Source: Desulfocapsa sulfexigens DSM 10523 (lineage in GTDB: Bacteria > Desulfobacterota > Desulfobulbia > Desulfobulbales > Desulfocapsaceae). From it: a stretch of 32,000 bases of DNA. Under the pieces are notes generated by a model. It made no database searches. It worked only from the letters and a program-made list of their open reading frames with translations, and had not been told where the DNA came from. The translations under genes were made by a program, and so were the position numbers. The stretch spans positions 690,001 to 722,000 of the forward strand of contig NC_020304.1 of the NCBI RefSeq assembly GCF_000341395.1, read 5' to 3'. Shown here one piece after another: positions 25,446-32,000 of this stretch. Position 1 is the stretch's first letter. Each line of letters starts with the position of its first letter.

Positions 25446-25820
25446 ATGAAACAGACACAACCACCTCCCTGCCCGGGCTGTAACGGAACCGGGCAAATGA
25501 CCTGGTTTGGCGGCGTCAGTAGATTCCAGTTCTCCTACACAGACTGTCCGGAATGTCATGGCGTTGGTTTTTTAGTAAACACCAACGACAACTGCCTGCA
25601 ACCACAGGATCTTACAGACAGAACAGCACTCTCAAGTATACAGGCCGATCGATTCCTCAAGGCACTGGCACAAGTTCTTTCACAGACCCTGATCGGTGGG
25701 GAAAAGGTGCAATTGAGAGGCTTTGGCAGCTTTTCAAAATATTCTTCTACCGTACCAGGCACTCAAAAAATTCATTTTTCTTCCGCAAAACGGCTCCTGC
25801 AAAAACTCAACAATGAATAA
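25446..25820 (+). CDS. DnaJ-type CxxCxGxG zinc-finger fused to a truncated HU/IHF-like domain
   Basis: N-terminal CPGCNGTG...CPECHGVG, two CxxCxGxG repeats as in the DnaJ cysteine-rich domain. The C-terminal ADRFLKALAQVLSQTLIGGEKVQLRGFGSFS matches the HU core (..f...i...L..Gd.V.L.GFGtF). The beta-arm is shortened and has no R-N-P..G segment. Confidence 0.6.
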   Translation: MKQTQPPPCPGCNGTGQMTWFGGVSRFQFSYTDCPECHGVGFLVNTNDNCLQPQDLTDRTALSSIQADRFLKALAQVLSQTLIGGEKVQLRGFGSFSKYSSTVPGTQKIHFSSAKRLLQKLNNE

Positions 25821-25957
25821 AACTTATTTTTAAAGAAGTCCTGGAAAACATGCCGGTTTATCATTCATGATCCTTCTTAGGAATTTTTCTTGATTTTATT
25901 CAATTCGGGCCATATACTTTCTTGGAAATGCTCACTAACCCCACCAGGAGGACCACC

Positions 25958-26143
25958 ATGTGGCACATCAGCATTGAAGAGGAAAAATGTACTGGTTGTA
26001 ACGAATGTGTCGAGGGATGCCCTGGAGAAGTGTACGAACTGATTTACGATAAGGCCACCGTTGTTAACGGTGAAGAGTGCCACGGATGTTTCACCTGCGT
26101 CGAACTCTGCGATGAAGATGCCATCACGGTTGAAGACAGATAA
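25958..26143 (+). CDS. Small 2x[4Fe-4S]-type ferredoxin (61 aa)
   Basis: CTGCNECVEGCP and CHGCFTCVELCD cluster motifs. Strong RBS AGGAGG 7 nt before the ATG at 25958, which I prefer over the track start at 25922. Confidence 0.85.
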   Translation: MWHISIEEEKCTGCNECVEGCPGEVYELIYDKATVVNGEECHGCFTCVELCDEDAITVEDR

Positions 26144-26229
26144 ATTTCATTCCCTGGCCTGCCAATGCGCACATCAGGTCAGACCTCCAACAGCTCATCT
26201 TTTAGCCGGAAAATCATTACCATCGGAGA

Positions 26230-27489
26230 ATGGTACGCATGAGGCACTCTTTTCTGCTTTCATTTGCCCTTGGGGCAGGCTGGCTACTCTCTCCTGAAGC
26301 TCTGGTTATTGGAGGAAACAGTGCTGGCAATATGGGGTGGCTGGCATTTCCCGCGTTAGCTGTTGCAGCCCTTCTTTTAAGTATTTCCGGCAATCTCCTG
26401 ACCCGTTCGCAGCGTGCTGCAGAGCATGACAACAACTACCTTCTTCTCCGGTATATGACGGGAACAATCCCGGCAATCGGCCTTACTCTGGCCTCATCCA
26501 TCCCCCTTGTGATTCTGGCTGCAACGGCACTGCTTGTCACTTCCGGCTATACATTCAATGAAGTCTTTCTCTACTGGTTTCCCAACTTCGGGTTTTCCTT
26601 TTTGCTCCTGGCTCTATTGACTCTTCTCCAATTTTTTCCCGAAAAAGTTATTTTCCGGGCTCAGATCTTTCTTGTTCTTCTTACAGTAGGAGCTTTGCTC
26701 TTCCTCGCCCTATCAGGGATAGTAGGAACCGAGCCCCCCGTGTACGGGGTTTTGGAGCAACCCGGCAGTTTTTCTTCCGCCTCATCAGTCCTCATGCTTC
26801 TTCTCTTTACGGGCAGCACCTCAGGCGTGAAGACAAAACACCCTTTTCTAGTCCCCATTGCCGGGTTGGTATTTTTTTTCCTGTGGATTTGTGTATCTCT
26901 CTGCTATGTGAATCCGGAGCGTTTAGCCTCTTCAACCATCCCTTACATGACTGTGGCACGCACAATCATGGGAGATCCTGGTCGCCAGATAATGGGGGTG
27001 GCTGTTATCAGTGGCACCTGTGGGGCCATAACCGGTCTGATGCTTATGTGCAGGGCTATGCTTGCTGATATTGTAACGTCTAACAACGGAGACAGACTCG
27101 TCACCATACAACGCCGGGTATTTCCACTGCTGGTTGCCCTTGCAACGGGTATACTAATGGCCGAAGGACTCGCAGGCGACGAATTGCTTGAAACACTCCT
27201 GCGTGGCTCACTTATTCTCTGGCTTATACATCATAGCCTGCTCTGCCTCTCCGCTATCCTTACAAATCACAGGGTCCACCAGACTGTTCCCCTTGCCGGA
27301 GCCATGGCCACAACTCTTCTTATAGCGGCAGTTTTCATTCTTATCGTTACCAATCCACAGAGAAATGAGATAACATTCTTTATCCTTTCCATGCTTGGAA
27401 CCGGTGGTCTGCTTGCAGCCATCTGGATCTTTATAAACAAGATTACAGGCACAAAAACCACACCTAAACAAACGGAGAAAACCCTATGA
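26230..27489 (+). CDS. Polytopic membrane protein (about 11-12 TM), APC-superfamily permease-like
   Basis: 419 aa, hydrophobic throughout. Its stop overlaps the next gene's start (ATGA at 27486-27489). An alternative start is at 26239. The family assignment is only an impression from TM topology and G/A-rich helices. Confidence 0.65.
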   Translation: MVRMRHSFLLSFALGAGWLLSPEALVIGGNSAGNMGWLAFPALAVAALLLSISGNLLTRSQRAAEHDNNYLLLRYMTGTIPAIGLTLASSIPLVILAATALLVTSGYTFNEVFLYWFPNFGFSFLLLALLTLLQFFPEKVIFRAQIFLVLLTVGALLFLALSGIVGTEPPVYGVLEQPGSFSSASSVLMLLLFTGSTSGVKTKHPFLVPIAGLVFFFLWICVSLCYVNPERLASSTIPYMTVARTIMGDPGRQIMGVAVISGTCGAITGLMLMCRAMLADIVTSNNGDRLVTIQRRVFPLLVALATGILMAEGLAGDELLETLLRGSLILWLIHHSLLCLSAILTNHRVHQTVPLAGAMATTLLIAAVFILIVTNPQRNEITFFILSMLGTGGLLAAIWIFINKITGTKTTPKQTEKTL

Positions 27490-27881
27490 AAAAACTCACC
27501 CTTTTGCTACTCTCATTCCTTCTCCTCTGCGCAGCGCTACCGGCAATAGCCGGAGAGGTCCCGCTCATAAGCAAAGATGAGCTTAAAGCTCAACTCGACT
27601 CCGGAAATGTGGTAATCCTTGACGTTCGTTCAGGAAGAGACTGGAGCTCCAGTGAGTTTAAAATAAAAGGGGCAGTTCAAGCCCCTGGAAGTGACATTGC
27701 CAAATGGTCAAAGGACTACACAAAAGATCAACCCCTTGTTCTTTACTGCGCCTGACCCAACGAAGCGACAAGTGCCGGTCTGGCACGACAGTTGATGGCT
27801 GATGGATACACAAACGTCTCTGCACTGAAAGGTGGCTGGAGAGAGTGGTTCAGAGCAAAATACCCCACGGAAGAAAAATAG
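27486..27881 (+). CDS. Secreted rhodanese-domain protein with in-frame TGA (27753-27755) read as selenocysteine (131 aa, U90)
   Basis: Signal peptide MKKLTLLLLSFLLLCAALPAIAG. Rhodanese N-part VVILDVRS...EF..G.I.GA. The ORF stops at TGA inside the active-site loop LVLYCA-TGA-PNEATSAGLARQLMADGYTNVSALKGGWREWFRAKYPTEEK-TAG. The in-frame continuation supplies the missing rhodanese C-part (..A..L...Gy.nV..L.GG...W). A SECIS-like hairpin follows the TGA. Confidence 0.7.
27758..27794 (+). other. Candidate bacterial SECIS element
   Basis: GUGCC-GGUCU-GGCAC hairpin (27772-27786) with the outer pairing CAAC (27758-61) / GUUG (27791-94). The apical loop GGUCU is the same as the loop of the E. coli fdhF SECIS (GCA-GGUCU-GCA) as I recall it. 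The loop G-U lies 25-26 nt after the U of UGA, compared with 22-23 nt in fdhF. Confidence 0.6.
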
Positions 27882-27882
27882 C

Positions 27883-28875
27883 ATGGCATACCTCCTGGCA
27901 GCAGATATAGGCGGGACCAAAAGTGAACTGGCAATCTTTGACCTTTCACAGACACCGGATGCCCCGCCTCTTTGTCGCAGGCGTTATCACAACACTCTTT
28001 TCCACAATTTTGATACAATCCTCGCAGAATTCCTAGATTCAGCGAATTCTCCAACACCATCATACGCCTGTTTTGGGGTCGCTGCCGTTGTCCATAACGG
28101 ACGTGCAAGGTTTACCAATCGGGAATGGGTACTGAATGAAAAAGAACTTGAAAGCAGTTTTGGCTTCACCGGGGTCACCCTGATTAATGATCTTACTGCT
28201 GTCTGCAGTGGCCTCCCTTTTCTTGCAAAAAAAGAACTCTTCCAGATTCAACGGGGAGAGGTTGAAGAGCAGGGTATTCAGGCAGTAATTGCCCCAGGGA
28301 CTGGTCTTGGAGAAGGGTATCTCATTCGTCGGGATACATGCTTTTCTCCTCAGGGCTCAGAGGGCGGCCACTGTGATTTTGCACCTCTAAATCAAGAGCA
28401 ATCACAACTTCTCGGGTATCTGCAGCAAAAGCACAGCTCCGTCAGCTATGAACTCCTCTGCTCCGGCATTGGACTTCCCAATATTTTCGATTTTCTTGCA
28501 GCTACGGATATCGCCAGAGACCCTGACCATTTCAAACGAATCACCACAACAGCGGACAGGGCACCCGCAATATCAGAGGGAGCATTCGGTGACCGCAGGT
28601 GTCCACTATGTATAAAAACCTTCTCACTTTTTCTGGAAATCCTTGGTGCAGAAGCAGGTAACCTGGCTCTGAAAACCTATTCTACCGGAGGTTTATTTAT
28701 AGGTGGGGGAATTCTCCCGCGAATTGTGGAGCATGTTTCCTTTGCCCCCTTCCTCAATGCCTTCAGAAAAAAGGAAAAGATGACATCTCTTATGGAATCT
28801 ATTCCCATCCATCTTATTTTGAAAAATGACGTGGCTCTTTTTGGTGCAGCCAGTTATGGCTATCAGTTTTTTTAA
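27883..28875 (+). CDS. glk: Glucokinase (Glk family)
   Basis: N-terminal LLAADIGGTKSELAIF (ATP-binding DIGGT). C-terminal GGLFIGGGILPRI, and ends ...LFGAASYG. I prefer the ATG at 27883 over the track start at 27832 because the upstream 17 codons overlap the rhodanese continuation. Confidence 0.88.
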   Translation: MAYLLAADIGGTKSELAIFDLSQTPDAPPLCRRRYHNTLFHNFDTILAEFLDSANSPTPSYACFGVAAVVHNGRARFTNREWVLNEKELESSFGFTGVTLINDLTAVCSGLPFLAKKELFQIQRGEVEEQGIQAVIAPGTGLGEGYLIRRDTCFSPQGSEGGHCDFAPLNQEQSQLLGYLQQKHSSVSYELLCSGIGLPNIFDFLAATDIARDPDHFKRITTTADRAPAISEGAFGDRRCPLCIKTFSLFLEILGAEAGNLALKTYSTGGLFIGGGILPRIVEHVSFAPFLNAFRKKEKMTSLMESIPIHLILKNDVALFGAASYGYQFF

Positions 28876-28995
28876 ACTGCACACACCAAAAAAAGTTGTT
28901 TTAGGATTTCACTTTTTCATTCTGTTTATGATACACTCTTTTCAATTGCAGACACAAAAGACCTGACAACCCTCTTCCCCCAACCCAGAGGTACA

Positions 28996-30993
28996 ATGAA
29001 TTCTTTGTCCTTAAAGTATAAAATTATGGGTATGACTGCCCTTCCGCTTTTCCTTCTTCTCCCGGTGTTCCTGTATATATACACTCAGGGAACCGGAGCC
29101 CTGAAACAGGAACGCAATCGTACCATGCATATTGGTGATACAATTGCTTTGAACGGGGCCATAGCCAACCAGCGTCCCACTCTTGAGAAAGCACTCACCA
29201 ATGTCCTCAACACAGATGAAACAATACGTTTTATAATGGATTCTCAGGACAGTGGCTCCAAAATGGTTCTTGATGGACTCTTTCTCTCTTTGCAGGAACA
29301 GCATATCACCAAATTTATCGTCTACAACGCTGATTTCGAAGTAATACTCCAGCAATCACAGAACGACTCCCCCCCCTATCCTGAGCAGCTGCCAGGTGCA
29401 ATCAAACCACTTTTCAAGAAAGCTGCAGAGGACTTTGAGTTTCACTATTTTTTCCGCGGACCTGACAAATCACAGCAGTTGTTACCTGTCTCCTACAGTG
29501 TTGCTACCGTGATAACCGATGACGATGATAATACCATTGGATACGTGGAACTGGCCCTTGACTCCGCCCTCTGGATCCAACAGGTAGGAGAACTTACAAC
29601 AAATGAAGTAATGCTTTATGATATTGACCGTGCTACAATCAGCCTTTCCACCAATGAGGAATTGGCCGGAAAGTTACTGACATCACTGCCCGAGAACGTG
29701 GCAGATGCGTCTTTTATCCAGACTAGGGCTCAAAATACTGATTTTCTTGCAGATGTTCTCCCCTTAAAGGGCCCTGACGACAAAACAATCGGTCTTCTTC
29801 TGGTCATCAGTGATGCGACAAAATTTATGCAGGCTGAACAGAAGCGCTGGATTTTTGGACTCCTTCTCACGCTTGCCATAGTCTTCCTTTCTCAGGTCAT
29901 AGCGTATCTTGCCGTGAGTCGTGGAATCATTGCTCCAATCAGACAGGTTATCGATTTTTCAACAATTCTTGCAACAGGTGACACCTCTTCATCCCTACAG
30001 ATACGGACAAGCAAAGAGCTCACTGAAATGGCAAATGCGCTCAACACCATGGTTGACCACATTCGGGAACGTGCCAGTCAAGCTGAGGCCATTGCCGGAG
30101 GAAACCTTGCAGTAGAGATCAAAGTACACTCCGACAACGATACCCTTGGAAAGTCGCTCACCGCCATCACTGATAATATCAGCGCCATTATCAGTGAAAT
30201 AAGTGACAACGCAGATAATCTTTTAAAAACATCCCAGGAAGTAACCGAGCTTTCAGACGACCTGGAGATCACTTCCACCATTATAGAACGTCGTGCCCAG
30301 GAAATGGGACACTCCTTTGAATCGGTCACCGACAACCTCCAGGTCGTAACAGATGGAACGGAGAGGATGTCTCTCTCCATCCGGGAGATCAACGAAAACA
30401 CAGCAGCCAGTAACCAGACCACCGAAGAGGCAAAACAAGCCGCCCTTGAATCCTCTGCCATCATTCAACAACTTAATGAAGTGGTAATCAGCATCGGTAA
30501 GGCGAATCAGGCAATCACAGAATTTGCTGACCAGACCAACCTTCTTGCCCTGAACGCCACCATCGAGGCTGCCCGCGCAGGAGATGCAGGTAAAGGATTT
30601 GCCGTGGTTGCCTCGGAGGTAAAAGATCTTGCAAGCCAGAGCATGAGAACGGCAAAAAATATTCATGGAAACGTCAACGATATCCAGAAATTCACAGTAC
30701 AGGCAGTAAATTCTGCCGAAAAGATATCAAATGTAATTGCACTCGTTAGAGAATCCTCACTGGTCATCACGAAAGCAGTCAACGAACAGGCCACAGTGGC
30801 TGACAATATCACCAACAGCACCAGCAGTGCTTACAAAACAACCACTGGATTTTCTAAAAATATAGAAGATATCAGCAATTCAGCAACGGTTACCAGCGAG
30901 ACGATGGTGGCTCTGAACAGTTCCGCACAACAACTGGAATCAGTCGCCACCACACTTCGTAACAGAGTGGAATCATTCACCTTAAAAGGATGA
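28996..30993 (+). CDS. Methyl-accepting chemotaxis protein (TM, periplasmic sensor, TM, HAMP, MA domain)
   Basis: 665 aa. Two TM segments flank an approximately 250-aa sensor domain. HAMP region ([18 protein letters not shown]...). Highly conserved signalling hairpin [37 protein letters not shown]. Confidence 0.9.
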   Translation: MNSLSLKYKIMGMTALPLFLLLPVFLYIYTQGTGALKQERNRTMHIGDTIALNGAIANQRPTLEKALTNVLNTDETIRFIMDSQDSGSKMVLDGLFLSLQEQHITKFIVYNADFEVILQQSQNDSPPYPEQLPGAIKPLFKKAAEDFEFHYFFRGPDKSQQLLPVSYSVATVITDDDDNTIGYVELALDSALWIQQVGELTTNEVMLYDIDRATISLSTNEELAGKLLTSLPENVADASFIQTRAQNTDFLADVLPLKGPDDKTIGLLLVISDATKFMQAEQKRWIFGLLLTLAIVFLSQVIAYLAVSRGIIAPIRQVIDFSTILATGDTSSSLQIRTSKELTEMANALNTMVDHIRERASQAEAIAGGNLAVEIKVHSDNDTLGKSLTAITDNISAIISEISDNADNLLKTSQEVTELSDDLEITSTIIERRAQEMGHSFESVTDNLQVVTDGTERMSLSIREINENTAASNQTTEEAKQAALESSAIIQQLNEVVISIGKANQAITEFADQTNLLALNATIEAARAGDAGKGFAVVASEVKDLASQSMRTAKNIHGNVNDIQKFTVQAVNSAEKISNVIALVRESSLVITKAVNEQATVADNITNSTSSAYKTTTGFSKNIEDISNSATVTSETMVALNSSAQQLESVATTLRNRVESFTLKG

Positions 30994-31019
30994 TAAACAA
31001 TTAATTCAAGGAGATCTCT

Positions 31020-31592
31020 ATGACCAGGACACTATGTAGACCCGTATTCATCTTAGCTTTGACATTCTTCTGCTTCTCACTTGCCACACCTCTCATTGCT
31101 GCAGAAGTAGGCAAAGGGAAAATACCTGAAGATCAACTTGCAAAATCCTATAAGAAACTTGACTGGGGTGTTGCTATCTGGGACACCGACGAAGCTGTGG
31201 CCAATCTGCAAAAGGGAGAAAATACACTCTGGGTGGATACACGTCCGGAAAGCTTCTTTAAAAAAGGTACTGTAAATGATGCCGTTTTACTCATTTACAA
31301 CAAAAAAGGAATGGAAGAAAATACACTCACCCCGGAATCACTGGAAAAGGCTCTTGCCGATAAGGGGCTTGCCAAGGATCAGGCAACCATCGTGTTTTTC
31401 TGTCAGGGACCTAAATGTCACCGCAGCTATAACGCCAGTTTTGCTGCTGTTACCGAATGGGGTTATTCTCCCGAGCAGATTGTATGGAACCGCGAAGGCT
31501 ATCCCTTCCTCTTCAAAAAAGTACAGGAAGATGCCAAACTGAAGCGTAAAGCAAAACGCTATATCAGTGACGCCGGTGTGAAGCAACTGTAA
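31020..31592 (+). CDS. Periplasmic rhodanese-like domain protein (Cys form)
   Basis: Signal peptide ...ATPLIAAE. Rhodanese fold motifs LWVDTRPESFF..G.V..A and active-site loop VFFCQGPKCHRSYNA, then GY...IVW...GYP. Confidence 0.8.
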   Translation: MTRTLCRPVFILALTFFCFSLATPLIAAEVGKGKIPEDQLAKSYKKLDWGVAIWDTDEAVANLQKGENTLWVDTRPESFFKKGTVNDAVLLIYNKKGMEENTLTPESLEKALADKGLAKDQATIVFFCQGPKCHRSYNASFAAVTEWGYSPEQIVWNREGYPFLFKKVQEDAKLKRKAKRYISDAGVKQL

Positions 31593-31621
31593 AATTCAAT
31601 CCTCTCAAAAGAAAAAACCAA

Positions 31622-31658
31622 AACGGCGCTCTCATCTATCTGATGAGAACGCCGTTTT
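31622..31658 (+). terminator. Rho-independent terminator
   Basis: AACGGCGCTCTCATC-tatct-GATGAGAACGCCGTT, a 15-bp stem with one mismatch, followed by TTTT. It starts 30 nt after the stop codon at 31592. Confidence 0.8.
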
Positions 31659-31770
31659 ACTGTCCGGTTCAAAGAGCAAATTTTTCCAAAATCGAGTATC
31701 GTTTCGGAAAATTAAAACGTATCCGGCATGCCGGGTCACATACAGAAGTACTCTTTCTTCCGGACAGCCT

Positions 31771-32000
31771 GTGGCCGATATTCCTTACAAAAACAACTTT
31801 GATCTTTTGCGTCTGATACTGGCCTTTAGTGTTTGTCTGGCCCATATTGGAGCGGTAAGTGGCATCCAGGCTTTTTTCCCGCTGGGGGATTTTTTCAATT
31901 CTTCAATTGCGGTGGATTGTTTTTTTGTGGTCAGTGGTTTTCTTATCTTCAGAAGCTATAATCGTTCTTCACGCCTTCTTTCCTACTTCAACAAACGTCT
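31771..32000 (+). CDS. Partial (N-terminal) acyltransferase-3 family membrane protein (OafA-like)
   Basis: My hand translation from the GTG at 31771 stays open to the window edge: (M)ADIPYKNNFDLLRLILAFSVCLAHIGAVSGIQAFFPLGDFFNSSIAVDCFFVVSGFLIFRSYNRS. This matches the family N-terminus (N.fD.lR...A..V...H ... avd.FFv.SGFLi). The start codon is uncertain because the RBS is weak. Confidence 0.6.
   Translation, partial: MADIPYKNNFDLLRLILAFSVCLAHIGAVSGIQAFFPLGDFFNSSIAVDCFFVVSGFLIFRSYNRSSRLLSYFNKR

Noticed and set aside
27832-27882. Upstream extension of glucokinase (track start 27832)
   Set aside because: The 17 extra codons (MAGESGSEQNTPRKKNS) overlap the in-frame rhodanese continuation. The Glk family begins at the M-x-x-LL-x-DIGGT motif reached from the ATG at 27883.
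1-32000. CRISPR arrays, IS elements, integrases, tRNA/rRNA genes, prophage signatures
   Set aside because: I scanned for direct-repeat arrays, terminal inverted repeats with transposase-like ORFs and tRNA-like cloverleaf stretches, and found none. The window looks like core chromosome.

Overview
This is chromosomal-looking DNA with moderate GC and no transposase, integrase, rRNA, tRNA or CRISPR that I could see. The gene content suggests an anaerobic deltaproteobacterium or Desulfobulbaceae-type organism, but that is only a guess. It rests on the many sigma-54 elements, a Cys-rich PAS hybrid kinase and a probable selenoprotein.

Housekeeping and envelope genes I can support:
- three MscS/MscK-family mechanosensitive channels, one of them truncated at the left edge
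- a UPF0316 membrane protein and a hybrid sensor kinase
- a Na/Pi cotransporter, RimK, and a FliK-like Q-rich protein
- a NYN-CSD fusion, a metallophosphoesterase and a YjgR/DUF853 ATPase
- PEP carboxylase, a lipoprotein, and a zinc-finger/HU-like protein
- a small ferredoxin, a polytopic permease-like protein and glucokinase
- an MCP, a periplasmic rhodanese, and a partial acyltransferase at the right edge

Two things stand out.

1. Region 8.4-13.2 kb holds five paralogous 60-120 aa zinc-ribbon mini-proteins. Their signature is CxxC-x17-19-CxxC followed by Y-x-[IM]-x-S-x-x-P-x-x-L, which matches my memory of the LysW/ArgW amino-group carrier fold. Their tails are acidic and aromatic, and one has an extreme poly-Asp/Tyr tail. 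They sit in three transcription units around an NtrC-type sigma-54 activator. Each unit is preceded by a near-consensus -24/-12 promoter and by a recurring GGAA-N7-TTCC-like dyad 90-160 bp upstream. A RimK ATP-grasp ligase, from the same enzyme family as the LysW-loading LysX, lies 2.6 kb downstream.

2. The 89-aa rhodanese ORF at 27486 stops at an in-frame TGA in its active-site loop (LYCA-TGA-PNEATS). The rhodanese domain continues in frame for 41 more codons. A hairpin with a GGUCU apical loop sits about 20 nt downstream of the TGA, so this is most likely a selenocysteine rhodanese with a bacterial SECIS.

All family calls come from motif recognition by eye. No searches were run.
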